Origin: Myxococcota bacterium
GTDB lineage: Bacteria; Myxococcota_A; Polyangia; Nannocystales; Nannocystaceae
Assembly (NCBI GenBank): GCA_039028615.1
Contig: JBCCHT010000068.1
Location: forward strand, 1-40,300
Reading direction: 5' to 3'
Length of the DNA stretch: 40,300 nucleotides
The notes under the pieces were generated by a model, which had not been told where the DNA came from, ran no database searches, and was given only the letters and a program-made list of their open reading frames with translations. Below are positions 1 through 9,628 of this stretch, one piece after another. Every line of letters starts with the position of its first letter. The first letter of the stretch is position 1. The position numbers and the translations under genes are program-made.

Positions 1-675
<675 letters not shown>

Positions 676-682
676 CCCACTC

Positions 683-1573
683 ATGCTCGTCGATCGAGGC
701 AACCTCTCGCAGTATGCGAGCCTTCGCCTGGCCTCCCCCGGGTCGGTGACGGCGCTCCAGCAGGGCGATCGCCGCTCCCCCTTCCGGGGCCGCGGGGTCG
801 AGTTCGCCGACTATCGGCCCTACGACCCCGGCGACGACGTGCGGCTCGTCGACTGGAACGTCTACCTGCGGCTGGGCATCGCGGTCGTCCGTCAGTTCAA
901 CGAAGAGCGCAGCCTGGCCATGAAGGTCTGCGTCGACACCAGCGAGTCGATGCGCTTCGGCGAGCCCCGCAAGGCCGACCACGCCGCCCAGCTGGCCGCC
1001 GCCCTGTCGCTCATCTCGCTGACCCATCGCGACCCGGTCGGCCTGTGCTTCTACGGCGGGGAGCAGCAGCTCGCCCAGACCCGGGCCTCCAACCTCGATG
1101 GCCTCGCCGAGGTCCTGCACGTGCTCGGTCGCGTCGAGCCGGGCGGGCGCGGAGACCCGCACGGCCAGATCGTCCGCCAGCTCGGCCAAGGTCGCTCCGA
1201 TCGCATCGTGCTCATCAGCGACATGCTGCTCGAAGACGACGCCCTCGACGCGATGCTCCGGCTCATCGCCGCCTCCAGCCGCTACCCCGCCGTGCTGCAC
1301 GTGCTGTCCGAGGCCGAGCTCGAGCCCGACTTCTCCGAGGTCGCCAAGATCGAAGACGCGGAGACGGGCGAAGGCTTCGTCATTCGTGACGACGCCTCGG
1401 CGCACCGCGAGTACCAGGCCGGCCTCGACACCTGGCTCGGCACCATCGAGAAGCGCTGCCGCGGGCTGGGGATCCGCTACGTCCCCGCGTTCACCCGCGT
1501 GGAAGTGCCAGACCTGCTCAACAACGAAATGCGACGGGCCCACATCGTGGAGCACGCGTTCGGAGGCGCATGA
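683..1573 (+). CDS. DUF58 domain protein (VWA-like partner of MoxR)
   Basis: GRGVEFADYRPYDPGDDVRLVDWNVY and DTSESM motifs; lies directly after moxR. Confidence 0.93.
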   Translation: MLVDRGNLSQYASLRLASPGSVTALQQGDRRSPFRGRGVEFADYRPYDPGDDVRLVDWNVYLRLGIAVVRQFNEERSLAMKVCVDTSESMRFGEPRKADHAAQLAAALSLISLTHRDPVGLCFYGGEQQLAQTRASNLDGLAEVLHVLGRVEPGGRGDPHGQIVRQLGQGRSDRIVLISDMLLEDDALDAMLRLIAASSRYPAVLHVLSEAELEPDFSEVAKIEDAETGEGFVIRDDASAHREYQAGLDTWLGTIEKRCRGLGIRYVPAFTRVEVPDLLNNEMRRAHIVEHAFGGA

Positions 1574-3300
1574 ACCTGGCCCAACCATGGGCGCTCGCGC
1601 TGGCCGCCGTGGCCCTGCCCGTCATCGCGGCCTACTTCCATCGACGGCGCAAGACCCCGCTGGTCGTCCCCAGCGCGATCCTGCTGCGGGTCATCGCGGG
1701 CGAGGCCACGCCGCGCAGCCGCTCGATGTCCAAGCCGCGGCACCTACTGTCGCTGCTGCTCGTGCTGCTCGTGCTCGCCGGTCTGGTCGCGGCCATGGTC
1801 GACCTGCAGCGCGAAGAGGAACAGCCGCGCAACTACATCGTCGTGCTCGACACCTCGGCCAGCATGGCCACCACCGCCGTCGGCCGCGACGAGACGCGCT
1901 TCGACACCGCGCTCGACAAGCTCGAGGCCGCCGTGGGGCGCTTGGGGCAGCAAGACCGGGTCGCCCTGGTCACCGCCGCCGACCAGGCCATCGTGCGGGT
2001 CGGCCTCACCGAAGACCACACCCGTGTCCTCGACGTCGCGCGCGAGCAAGCCCCGGCCGGCACCAGCGATGGTTCGGTGGCCGCCTTGCGCATCGCGGAC
2101 GCGATGTGCCGCGCCAACGAGCACGCCGCCCTGATCCTCATCACCGACGGGGTCGGCGTCTCCGCCCCCAGCACCCGCTGCGCCATCGAGCACGTGCCCA
2201 TCGGCGGCATCGGCCCCAACGTGGGCATCAGCGCGCTGTCCGTGCGCGAAGCCGATGCCCTCGGCCTGGCCGAGGTCTACCTCGCCGTCGTGTCCGACCT
2301 CGAAGAGCCCAAGCAGGTGGAGGTCGAGCTGCTGCTCGACGACACGCTGGCCGAGGTCGTGCCCCTCGACCTGCCCGCCGAGGGTGAGGTCAAGCGTCTG
2401 CTGCGGGTCCCGCTGCCGCCCGGCAAGCGGCTCACCGCCAAGCTCCGCGACCAAGGTCCCGACGTGCTCGCCAGCGACGACATCGCCTGGGCGCCGCGCC
2501 GCCTCGGCAACCGCGTCCGCGCCCTGCTCGTCACCGAGTCGCGCCTGAGCTTCACCGCCGAGGCCCTGCAGCTGCACCCCCGGGTCGACCTCACCATCAT
2601 CGGCCCCACCGATCGCACGCCCTCGGGCTCCTTCGATCTCGTGCTCGTCGAGGCCGATCGCTCGGCCACCGCCCTGCCCACCACGAGCCACGTGGTCATG
2701 ATGGGCGCCCCCGCGACCGAGCTGGGCGTCGCCGTGGCCAAGTCCGAGGTCGACGGGGCCCAGATCGTCCGCTGGAGCTTCGACGACACCCTGTTCCGCT
2801 TCGTCAGCTTCGACGAGGTCCAAGTGCCCAAGGCCTCGATCTTCGAGGTCGGCCCCGAGCAGACCTCGCTCATCGACACCGACCAGGGCTCCATCGCCGT
2901 CAGCGGTTCCTCCGAGGATCGCAAGGTCATCGTCTTCGGCTTCCGCCCCCACGAATCGGACTTCGTGCTGCGCGTGGGCTTCGTGAACCTGGTGGCCAAC
3001 CTCGTCGAGTGGGCCGCGCCCCAGTCGGGTCCCGGCGGCGCCACCGAGGGTGAGGTCGAGGCCTTTGCTCAGGCCGCGGTCGAGTCCCACGTCGATCCCC
3101 CGATCAACATCACAGGCACCACCCGAGGCGACTGGAGCGGCCCCGTTCGCACGCATCGCTCGATGTGGCAGCTGCTCGCCATGATCGCCGCCGCCCTGCT
3201 CGCGCTGGAATGGCTGCTGCCCGCCGCCGCGTTCGGGGTGGGACGGCTGTGGTCCCGCGTGGGCGGACCCCGTCGACGCACTCGGAGGACGGCCTCGTGA
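1570..3300 (+). CDS. BatA-like N-terminal/VWA domain membrane protein
   Basis: ATGA overlap with DUF58; N-terminal double-TM BatA-like segment; MIDAS motif LDTSASM; C-terminal TM (LLALEW). Confidence 0.88.
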   Translation: MNLAQPWALALAAVALPVIAAYFHRRRKTPLVVPSAILLRVIAGEATPRSRSMSKPRHLLSLLLVLLVLAGLVAAMVDLQREEEQPRNYIVVLDTSASMATTAVGRDETRFDTALDKLEAAVGRLGQQDRVALVTAADQAIVRVGLTEDHTRVLDVAREQAPAGTSDGSVAALRIADAMCRANEHAALILITDGVGVSAPSTRCAIEHVPIGGIGPNVGISALSVREADALGLAEVYLAVVSDLEEPKQVEVELLLDDTLAEVVPLDLPAEGEVKRLLRVPLPPGKRLTAKLRDQGPDVLASDDIAWAPRRLGNRVRALLVTESRLSFTAEALQLHPRVDLTIIGPTDRTPSGSFDLVLVEADRSATALPTTSHVVMMGAPATELGVAVAKSEVDGAQIVRWSFDDTLFRFVSFDEVQVPKASIFEVGPEQTSLIDTDQGSIAVSGSSEDRKVIVFGFRPHESDFVLRVGFVNLVANLVEWAAPQSGPGGATEGEVEAFAQAAVESHVDPPINITGTTRGDWSGPVRTHRSMWQLLAMIAAALLALEWLLPAAAFGVGRLWSRVGGPRRRTRRTAS

Positions 3301-5945
3301 TCGAATTCCTCGACGGCTGGTTCTACTCTCCCGGCTGGCTGTGGGGCGTGCCCGCCCTGCTGCCGCTGGCCATCTGGGACGCCGCCCGCCGCTGGGGCGA
3401 GAGCAGCGTCGCCCGCCGCGTGGTGGGTGCCATCGTGCGCATGCTGATGCTCACCGCGGTCTTCGCCGCGCTGGCCGACCCCCGCTGGCACCGCAACGAG
3501 CAGGTCGCCCACGTCATCATGGTGGTCGATCGCTCCGCGTCCATCCCCGACGATGCCCTCGAGTCGGCCATGGAGCGCATCGAGAAGCTCCGCAGCGACC
3601 TGCCCGAGGACGTACGCATCGGCCTGATCCTGTTCGACGACGACCCCGAGGTCGCGGTCTTCCCGGGTGATGCATGGGACCCTCCGTCGCCGCTGCGCAC
3701 CGAAGCGCTCGAGGTCAGCGACATCGACGAGGCGGTTCAGCTCGCGCTGGGGCTCATCCCCGCCGATGAAGGCGGCGAGATCGTGCTGTTCTCCGACGGC
3801 CGAGCCACCGCGGGCGGAGGCACGGCCGGCCTGCGCGGCGCCACCGAGCGGGGCGTGGCCGTGCACACCGTGCCCATGCACCCGCACCGCGCCGACCCGG
3901 CCCTCACCGCGGTCCTGCTCGACGACCGCGAGGCCCGACCCGGCGCGACGCTCGAAGGCCAGGTCGAGATCGACGGCGCCGCCACGGCGTCGACCGGCGT
4001 GGTCCAGATCAAGCTCGGCGACGAGGTCATCGCCACCCCCCGCGTGGAGATCGGCGCGGGCGAGACCATCCAGGTGCCCTTCTCGCATCAGCTCGACGCC
4101 CGGGCCGAGCCGGGCACCACCACCGTCGAGGCGACCTTCATCCCCGACGACGCGGCCACCGATACCGACCGAGACAACAACCAGGGCACCGCGACGCTGG
4201 TCGTGGGTGAGCCGCCCAAGATCCGTATGATCGCGGGCGCCGAGTCCGATGCCGAGTCGCTGTCCCGCGCGCTTCGGGCGGAGCGCATGGACGTCGAGGT
4301 CGTGCTCGTCGACGCGCTGGGTCCCTCGCACGCCGACTTCTCCGGCGTGGACCTGGTGATGCTCGCCAACGCCCCGGCCATCTCTTCGCCGGGCCGCGGC
4401 TCGATGGACAAGAACTTCATCGACAGCCTCGGTCGCTACGTCGACGCGGGCGGCGGTCTCGTCGTGCTCGGCGGACCCATGGCCTACGACATGGGCGGCT
4501 ACCGAGACACCGACCTGGCGCGCATCCTGCCGGTCAGCCTCGACCAGGTCGATCCCGAGATCGAGTCGGCCGCCACCATCGTCATCATCCTCGACAAGTC
4601 CGGCAGCATGGGCGCGTACGCCGGCCTGTCGAAGACCAAGATGGAGCTCGCCGACGAAGGCGCGGCCGCTTCGGTCCGACTGCTCCGCCCCTTCGATCGC
4701 GTGGCCGTCATGTCAGTGACCGAAGAGGTCTTCATGGAGGTCGACCTCCAGCTGGTGCACGACCCCCGGGCCATCGAGCGCACCATCCTGAGCATTCGTG
4801 CGGGCGGTGGCGGCATCTTCGTCTACACCAGCCTCGAGGCGGCCCGAGAGGTGATGAAGCGGACGGACACGCCGCTGCGCCACGTGATCCTGTTCTCCGA
4901 CGCCGCCGACTCCGAGGAGAAGATCAAGGGCGTGCCCTTCGGCACCTTCGGCACCGGGCCGACCTCCGAGTCTCTGGCCCGGCAGATGCGAGACGAGGGC
5001 ATCACCACCTCCGTCATCGGCATCGGCGAAGAGTTCGACTCCGACACCCAGTTCCTCAAAGACCTCGCCAAGGCGGGCGGCGGCCGCTTCTATCTCACCT
5101 CCGACGCGGCCAAGCTCCGCGGGCTCTTCGTCGAGGAGACCGAGCGCCTGGTCGACACCTCGCTCCACGAGGTCAAGTTCCGCCCCACCGTGCGGACCAG
5201 TCACCCGGCCATCGCGGGCATCTCCTACGAGTCGGGCCCGCAGCTCCGCGGCTACCAGGAGATGGAGGCCCGAAGCACGGCCAAGGTCGTGCTCTCCGGG
5301 CCCAACGGCGATCCGCTGCTCACCACCTGGCGCTACGGCTTGGGCCAGGTCGCCGCGTGGTCGAGCGACTCGGGGCCGCGCTGGTCCGAGGACTGGCTGG
5401 CCTGGGAGGGCTACGGCAAGCAGTGGACCCAGCTGGCTCGCTGGGCGCTGCGCAGCCGCGAGGGCGACGAGACCGCGATCGAGGTCGACTTTGCCGGAGG
5501 CCGGGCCGAGGTCCGCGTCGCCCGGCGCGGCACCGATGGCCTGACCCTCGACGAGGGCGGCCTGCGAGCGAAGATCGACGACGGCGAGAGCGTCCAGGAG
5601 GTCGCGTTGCGCTCCAACGAGCCGGGGCTGTGGACCTCGGAGGTCCGCACGCGCTCCGACAAGACCTATCAGGTCAAGGTGCTCGACGAAGGCGGCAAGG
5701 TCCTGGCCGAGGACACCTTTGCGCCCCCGCCCTCCCCCGAGCGGCGCCATCGCACCATCGACGGCGCGTGGCTCGACCAGCTGGCGACGCAGACCGGCGG
5801 CGAGCGGGAGCCCAGCGCGCTGAAGCCCACGCCCGCGGCCAGCGTCACCACCCGGGTGGAGCGACTGTGGCCCTGGTTCGTGCTGCTCGCCTTGGGCCTG
5901 CTGCCGATCGACGCCTTCCTGCGCCGACCGGGCCGCGTGGTCTGA
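3297..5945 (+). CDS. Large membrane protein with two VWA domains, an Ig-like domain and a glutamine amidotransferase-like domain
   Basis: GTG start at 3297 overlaps the upstream TGA, with GGAGGA RBS (the track start at 3165 is too early). MIDAS motifs DRSAS and DKSGS; YVDAGGGLVVLGG and WRYGLGQVAAW segments. Confidence 0.87.
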   Translation: MIEFLDGWFYSPGWLWGVPALLPLAIWDAARRWGESSVARRVVGAIVRMLMLTAVFAALADPRWHRNEQVAHVIMVVDRSASIPDDALESAMERIEKLRSDLPEDVRIGLILFDDDPEVAVFPGDAWDPPSPLRTEALEVSDIDEAVQLALGLIPADEGGEIVLFSDGRATAGGGTAGLRGATERGVAVHTVPMHPHRADPALTAVLLDDREARPGATLEGQVEIDGAATASTGVVQIKLGDEVIATPRVEIGAGETIQVPFSHQLDARAEPGTTTVEATFIPDDAATDTDRDNNQGTATLVVGEPPKIRMIAGAESDAESLSRALRAERMDVEVVLVDALGPSHADFSGVDLVMLANAPAISSPGRGSMDKNFIDSLGRYVDAGGGLVVLGGPMAYDMGGYRDTDLARILPVSLDQVDPEIESAATIVIILDKSGSMGAYAGLSKTKMELADEGAAASVRLLRPFDRVAVMSVTEEVFMEVDLQLVHDPRAIERTILSIRAGGGGIFVYTSLEAAREVMKRTDTPLRHVILFSDAADSEEKIKGVPFGTFGTGPTSESLARQMRDEGITTSVIGIGEEFDSDTQFLKDLAKAGGGRFYLTSDAAKLRGLFVEETERLVDTSLHEVKFRPTVRTSHPAIAGISYESGPQLRGYQEMEARSTAKVVLSGPNGDPLLTTWRYGLGQVAAWSSDSGPRWSEDWLAWEGYGKQWTQLARWALRSREGDETAIEVDFAGGRAEVRVARRGTDGLTLDEGGLRAKIDDGESVQEVALRSNEPGLWTSEVRTRSDKTYQVKVLDEGGKVLAEDTFAPPPSPERRHRTIDGAWLDQLATQTGGEREPSALKPTPAASVTTRVERLWPWFVLLALGLLPIDAFLRRPGRVV

Positions 5946-5951
5946 GGCCGC

Positions 5952-7145
5952 TCATCGCCACAGGTGCAGCGCACGACGATGCCGGAACTCGGCGTCGAGA
6001 TAGTCGTCGCGCGTCGCGGGAGCCAAGCGCGGGTTGACCAGGCACGCGTGGGCGTTATGGGCGTGGTGCTCGGTGGGCACGGACTCCACGAGCAGCACGT
6101 TGACCCCCGGCGGCAGGATTTCCTCGGTCTGGACCGTCTGCCCCGGGTCGATGCGCACGCGCTGCTGCGTCCGGCCGTTGAGTCCCAGGTAGAAGTCCAC
6201 GCTCTGCTGCGCGGTGTGGTTGAGCGCCAGCCGGACATCGAAGCGGACATAGCCTTCGCGCCGCACTCGGCACGCGAGGTGGGAGGGTGCATGCACGCCG
6301 ATCCCATGGCTGCAGTCGATGCCCTCCCCCACGCTCATCGTGATGTCCTGGTCGGCGTAGAGGCGACCGTTGCGACCGCAGCGGCTGTAGCTGCTGACGC
6401 TGTCGAACTCCAAGCCATCGAGGAACACATCGCCACCACCGAGGTCGTTGACCGGGAGTTCGTCGAGACGACGGTACAGGTCGATGACCGCCGCGCGGTG
6501 AGGCTCGATCTTGTGGAAGATGGCGACGTCGCGCGACCACAGGTCGAAGCGGGTGTACATCCCGGGGAACGCACAGTGGACCCGCTGGTTGAGGCTGACC
6601 ATGGCGATGTCGTCGCGCTGCAGGCAGCTGGCGAGCAAGAAGTCGCAGCTCTGCCCCCAGCTCGACAGCCGCGACGCGTACTCCTCCATGAACGCGGCCA
6701 GGGCCTCGAGCGCGCGGCGGTTGAGGATGAAGCACGCCCCGATGAAGTAGACCCCGCGCTCGATCCCGGGCAGCTGGCGCATCCAGTCGTCAGAAAACTC
6801 GAACGGGTTGCCCCACGCGCACGGGAAGTCGTCGTGGACCTGCCGGAGGATCTGCTGGAGCCCGACGAGGTCGTGCACATAGCAATCGTGCTCGACGAAC
6901 CAGTACACGTCGTGGCGCGGCCGCTCATCGACGAGCCAGCGCACGCAGTCCCGAAACTTGATGACGTTCTCGTCGTAACGATAGTCGCGGCGGCGCAGGC
7001 AGCTGCCGCCCGGGAGCAGCTTCGGGTGGGCGGCGCCGTGGCAGTACACGGGCAGGCCGAGCTCGAGCAGCGGCTCGACCACCAGCCGCTCGCAACGCTC
7101 CGTGTTCTCCGCGTAGTCCTGTACGACCAGGCATGCGTCCACCAT
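5952..7145 (-). CDS. Putative GT-A glycosyltransferase (GT31/Fringe-like) with C-terminal NPCBM/NEW2-like carbohydrate-binding domain
   Basis: Pattern K..D..RW...DVYWFVEHDCYV, YFIGACFILNRRAL, CDFLLASCL, AIFHKI follows the GT31 layout. C-terminal HGIGVHAPS...YVRF...SVDFYLGLNG resembles NPCBM. Confidence 0.6.
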   Translation of the reverse strand: MVDACLVVQDYAENTERCERLVVEPLLELGLPVYCHGAAHPKLLPGGSCLRRRDYRYDENVIKFRDCVRWLVDERPRHDVYWFVEHDCYVHDLVGLQQILRQVHDDFPCAWGNPFEFSDDWMRQLPGIERGVYFIGACFILNRRALEALAAFMEEYASRLSSWGQSCDFLLASCLQRDDIAMVSLNQRVHCAFPGMYTRFDLWSRDVAIFHKIEPHRAAVIDLYRRLDELPVNDLGGGDVFLDGLEFDSVSSYSRCGRNGRLYADQDITMSVGEGIDCSHGIGVHAPSHLACRVRREGYVRFDVRLALNHTAQQSVDFYLGLNGRTQQRVRIDPGQTVQTEEILPPGVNVLLVESVPTEHHAHNAHACLVNPRLAPATRDDYLDAEFRHRRALHLWR

Positions 7146-7171
7146 CGAGCGGGATCATATCCCGCCGCCGG

Positions 7172-8572
7172 TCAGTCGAGCTCGACGATGGCCAGCTTCG
7201 GCATGCCGGTCGCGGAAATCTCCAGGTTCCGCACCCGCCACTGATGCACCACCACGTTGGGCCCGTAAAAGAGGGGGCACATCGGCACGTCGTCGGACAC
7301 GATGTCCATGATCCGCTGGAGGTTCTGGTCGGAGCTGTCCTTGCGGTAGCCGGCCAAGGCCGCATCCATGCGCTGGCTCTGATATCGCGCGAGGTTGTTG
7401 GCATACGCCGCGCCTCGCTCGGCCGTGGGGATCGACTGGGAGTGGCAGATCGCGTTGAGGAAGTCGAAGGGATCGGGCGTGTCGGCGATCCACCCCGCCA
7501 GGTCGAGATCGTAGCTCCCCGCCCGGGTCCGCGCTCGATAGTCGAGGCTGTCGGTGGTCGGCATGATGTCGACCTCGAGTCCGATGCGCCCCAGCTGCCG
7601 CTTGATGAGCTGCGCCGTCTCTTGCGGGTTCGGCATGTAGGGCCGCGGGCCCCAGATGGTGACCATGCGCAGCGGTCGGCTCGGCTTGACCCCGCTCTTC
7701 TGCAACCGCTCGCGGGCCTGCTTGGGATCGTGGCGGAGGCCGTCCCCGCGCCGCCACATCGACGGCGGCAGCACGCTGCGCGCGGTGAAGGCATGCGGGT
7801 TCTCGTAGGAGATCCGAGCGACCTCGGCCCGGTCGATCGCCTCGCAGATCGCCCGCCGCACCTCCACGTCGGCCAAGGCCTGGTTCTCGGTGTTGAACGA
7901 GAGCATCGCGGTCGAGGTGCCGGGCTGGAAGTCCTTGCGGACCCCCTTGAGGCCGGCCACGTCGTCGCGGGCGAGCGCGGTGGTCAGGTCGATCTTGCCG
8001 TCGTTGATCGCCTGCACGAGGTCCTTGGTGGACGGCAAGACCTGGAACTCCACGCGGTCGATCTTCGCCGGGCGCAGGGCGTGCTCGTTGCGATCGACGT
8101 TGACGTGCTGCGGCGTCCACCCCCGCTGCAAGACGAAGGGACCGGTGCCGATGAGCTGGTCGCCCTGGCGCTTGATGATGGAGGCCCAGCGGTGGCTCAG
8201 CCGAACCTCGAAGCGAGAGTCGTCCTCGGGCAGGGTGAACACGACCTTGCGATCACGGCCGGCGATCTGAGCCGAGCTGGCGATGGACGGCACCCGACGG
8301 AGGCTCTCCACCACCTCGGTCGCGGTCACGGGGCTGCCGTCGGAGAACTTGGCATCGGGGCGAATGGTGCCCACGAGCTCGATGCTGCGAGAGCTCTTGC
8401 CGCGGCGAACGAGCGGGCCGTCGAAGAGCACCGAACGCGGCTTGCCGGAGTCATCCAGCGCATAGGGTGCGTCGTAGAGCTGCTCGATGATCTGTCCGCA
8501 CACGTAGTCCTGCACGACCTCGGGGTCGAGGTTGTGGACCGGAGTGAAGAACCCGACGCGGAGCGTTCGCAC
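7172..8572 (-). CDS. ABC transporter family-5 (Opp/Dpp-like) substrate-binding protein, no signal peptide
   Basis: KFSDGSPVTATEV, IGTGPF, VRRAICEAIDR, GWIADTPDP and NNLARY motifs. Likely GTG start at 8572, 6 nt after TGcTACTAT; the upstream part of the track ORF is Arg-rich and unlikely to be coding. Confidence 0.85.
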   Translation of the reverse strand: MRTLRVGFFTPVHNLDPEVVQDYVCGQIIEQLYDAPYALDDSGKPRSVLFDGPLVRRGKSSRSIELVGTIRPDAKFSDGSPVTATEVVESLRRVPSIASSAQIAGRDRKVVFTLPEDDSRFEVRLSHRWASIIKRQGDQLIGTGPFVLQRGWTPQHVNVDRNEHALRPAKIDRVEFQVLPSTKDLVQAINDGKIDLTTALARDDVAGLKGVRKDFQPGTSTAMLSFNTENQALADVEVRRAICEAIDRAEVARISYENPHAFTARSVLPPSMWRRGDGLRHDPKQARERLQKSGVKPSRPLRMVTIWGPRPYMPNPQETAQLIKRQLGRIGLEVDIMPTTDSLDYRARTRAGSYDLDLAGWIADTPDPFDFLNAICHSQSIPTAERGAAYANNLARYQSQRMDAALAGYRKDSSDQNLQRIMDIVSDDVPMCPLFYGPNVVVHQWRVRNLEISATGMPKLAIVELD

Positions 8573-8764
8573 CCGCAGATAGTAGCAGCGCCTCGCACTA
8601 CGATTGCGCTCCCACGACGGAACATCGAACCGCCCGAACCTCGCTCGAAACGCGCTCGCGAGAGCGAAAGCACACGGCGCCCGCTCGACACTCCGCCCCC
8701 TTCGCACGGCACGGTGCCGAGCCCGCTACGCCTGTCGAACGGGCTCCCTTCGGGTAGGCGAAGG

Positions 8765-9628
8765 TCAGCGGTTGGAGTCCAGGGTGCGACGGATCCAGTC
8801 GCCGACGACCTGGACCACCGAGTCGGGATCGCGCGCCCACGCGAAGTGGGCTCGACCACGACCTGGCCGACTCAACCTCACGCGGCGGGCGTCGATTCGA
8901 GCGTGGGGCATGCGACGCGTCAGCTCGTGCATGGCCGCGGGCGGAGCCCAGTCGTCGCCCTGCACGGTCACCGCGACCACGGGCTTGGCCTGCTCGACGG
9001 CCTGCGCCTCCCAGTCGCGCTCCCCTTCGATCGCGTAGCGCCCGCTCCGAGCGCAGCTCGACCACTCCTCCATGAAGGTCTGCGACTCGCGATGGCCGAA
9101 GCCGAACAGCTTGCCCGGAAACCAACCCAAAAGACGCACCGTGAGGGGAAAGAGCCGACCCGCCAGCTGGACCTGGAGCGTCATCGCACCGCCGTAGCTT
9201 CCCCACCATGGGCTTCCCCCCGCCACGAGCACGAGGCCCGCGACCTCGTCGGGCAGCGCGGCCGACCCCAGCACGGCGACCTGCGCCCCCAGGCTGTGGC
9301 CCCCCACGAAACACGGGAGATCCGCGAAGCGCTCGCGGGCTGCAGCCACGGCCGCAGGCAGATCGCACTCGAGGAGCTCGCGATAGCCGAAGTCGACCCC
9401 GCGGCGGGCCCGAATGCTGCTGCTGCCGACGCCGCGGGCCTCGAGCATCACGAGCGCGACCCCGGCCTCGGCCATCGCCTTGCCGAAGGGCTCGTAGTAG
9501 CCGCCCGCGATCCCGAGCCCTCCGTGGAAGACGACCACCGCCCGGGGAGAGGCGGGCGCGAAGATCCGCAAGGTCGTCTGCGCCCCGTCCGAGGTGGTCA
9601 GGCGTTGTTCGTGGGTTTCGATGCTCAC
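8765..9628 (-). CDS. Alpha/beta-fold serine hydrolase
   Basis: GTG start overlaps the res stop (GTGA), with GAGGA RBS. Nucleophile GHSLG, RGVGSS, Asp in GDDWAP, His in AHFAW. Confidence 0.88.
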   Translation of the reverse strand: MSIETHEQRLTTSDGAQTTLRIFAPASPRAVVVFHGGLGIAGGYYEPFGKAMAEAGVALVMLEARGVGSSSIRARRGVDFGYRELLECDLPAAVAAARERFADLPCFVGGHSLGAQVAVLGSAALPDEVAGLVLVAGGSPWWGSYGGAMTLQVQLAGRLFPLTVRLLGWFPGKLFGFGHRESQTFMEEWSSCARSGRYAIEGERDWEAQAVEQAKPVVAVTVQGDDWAPPAAMHELTRRMPHARIDARRVRLSRPGRGRAHFAWARDPDSVVQVVGDWIRRTLDSNR

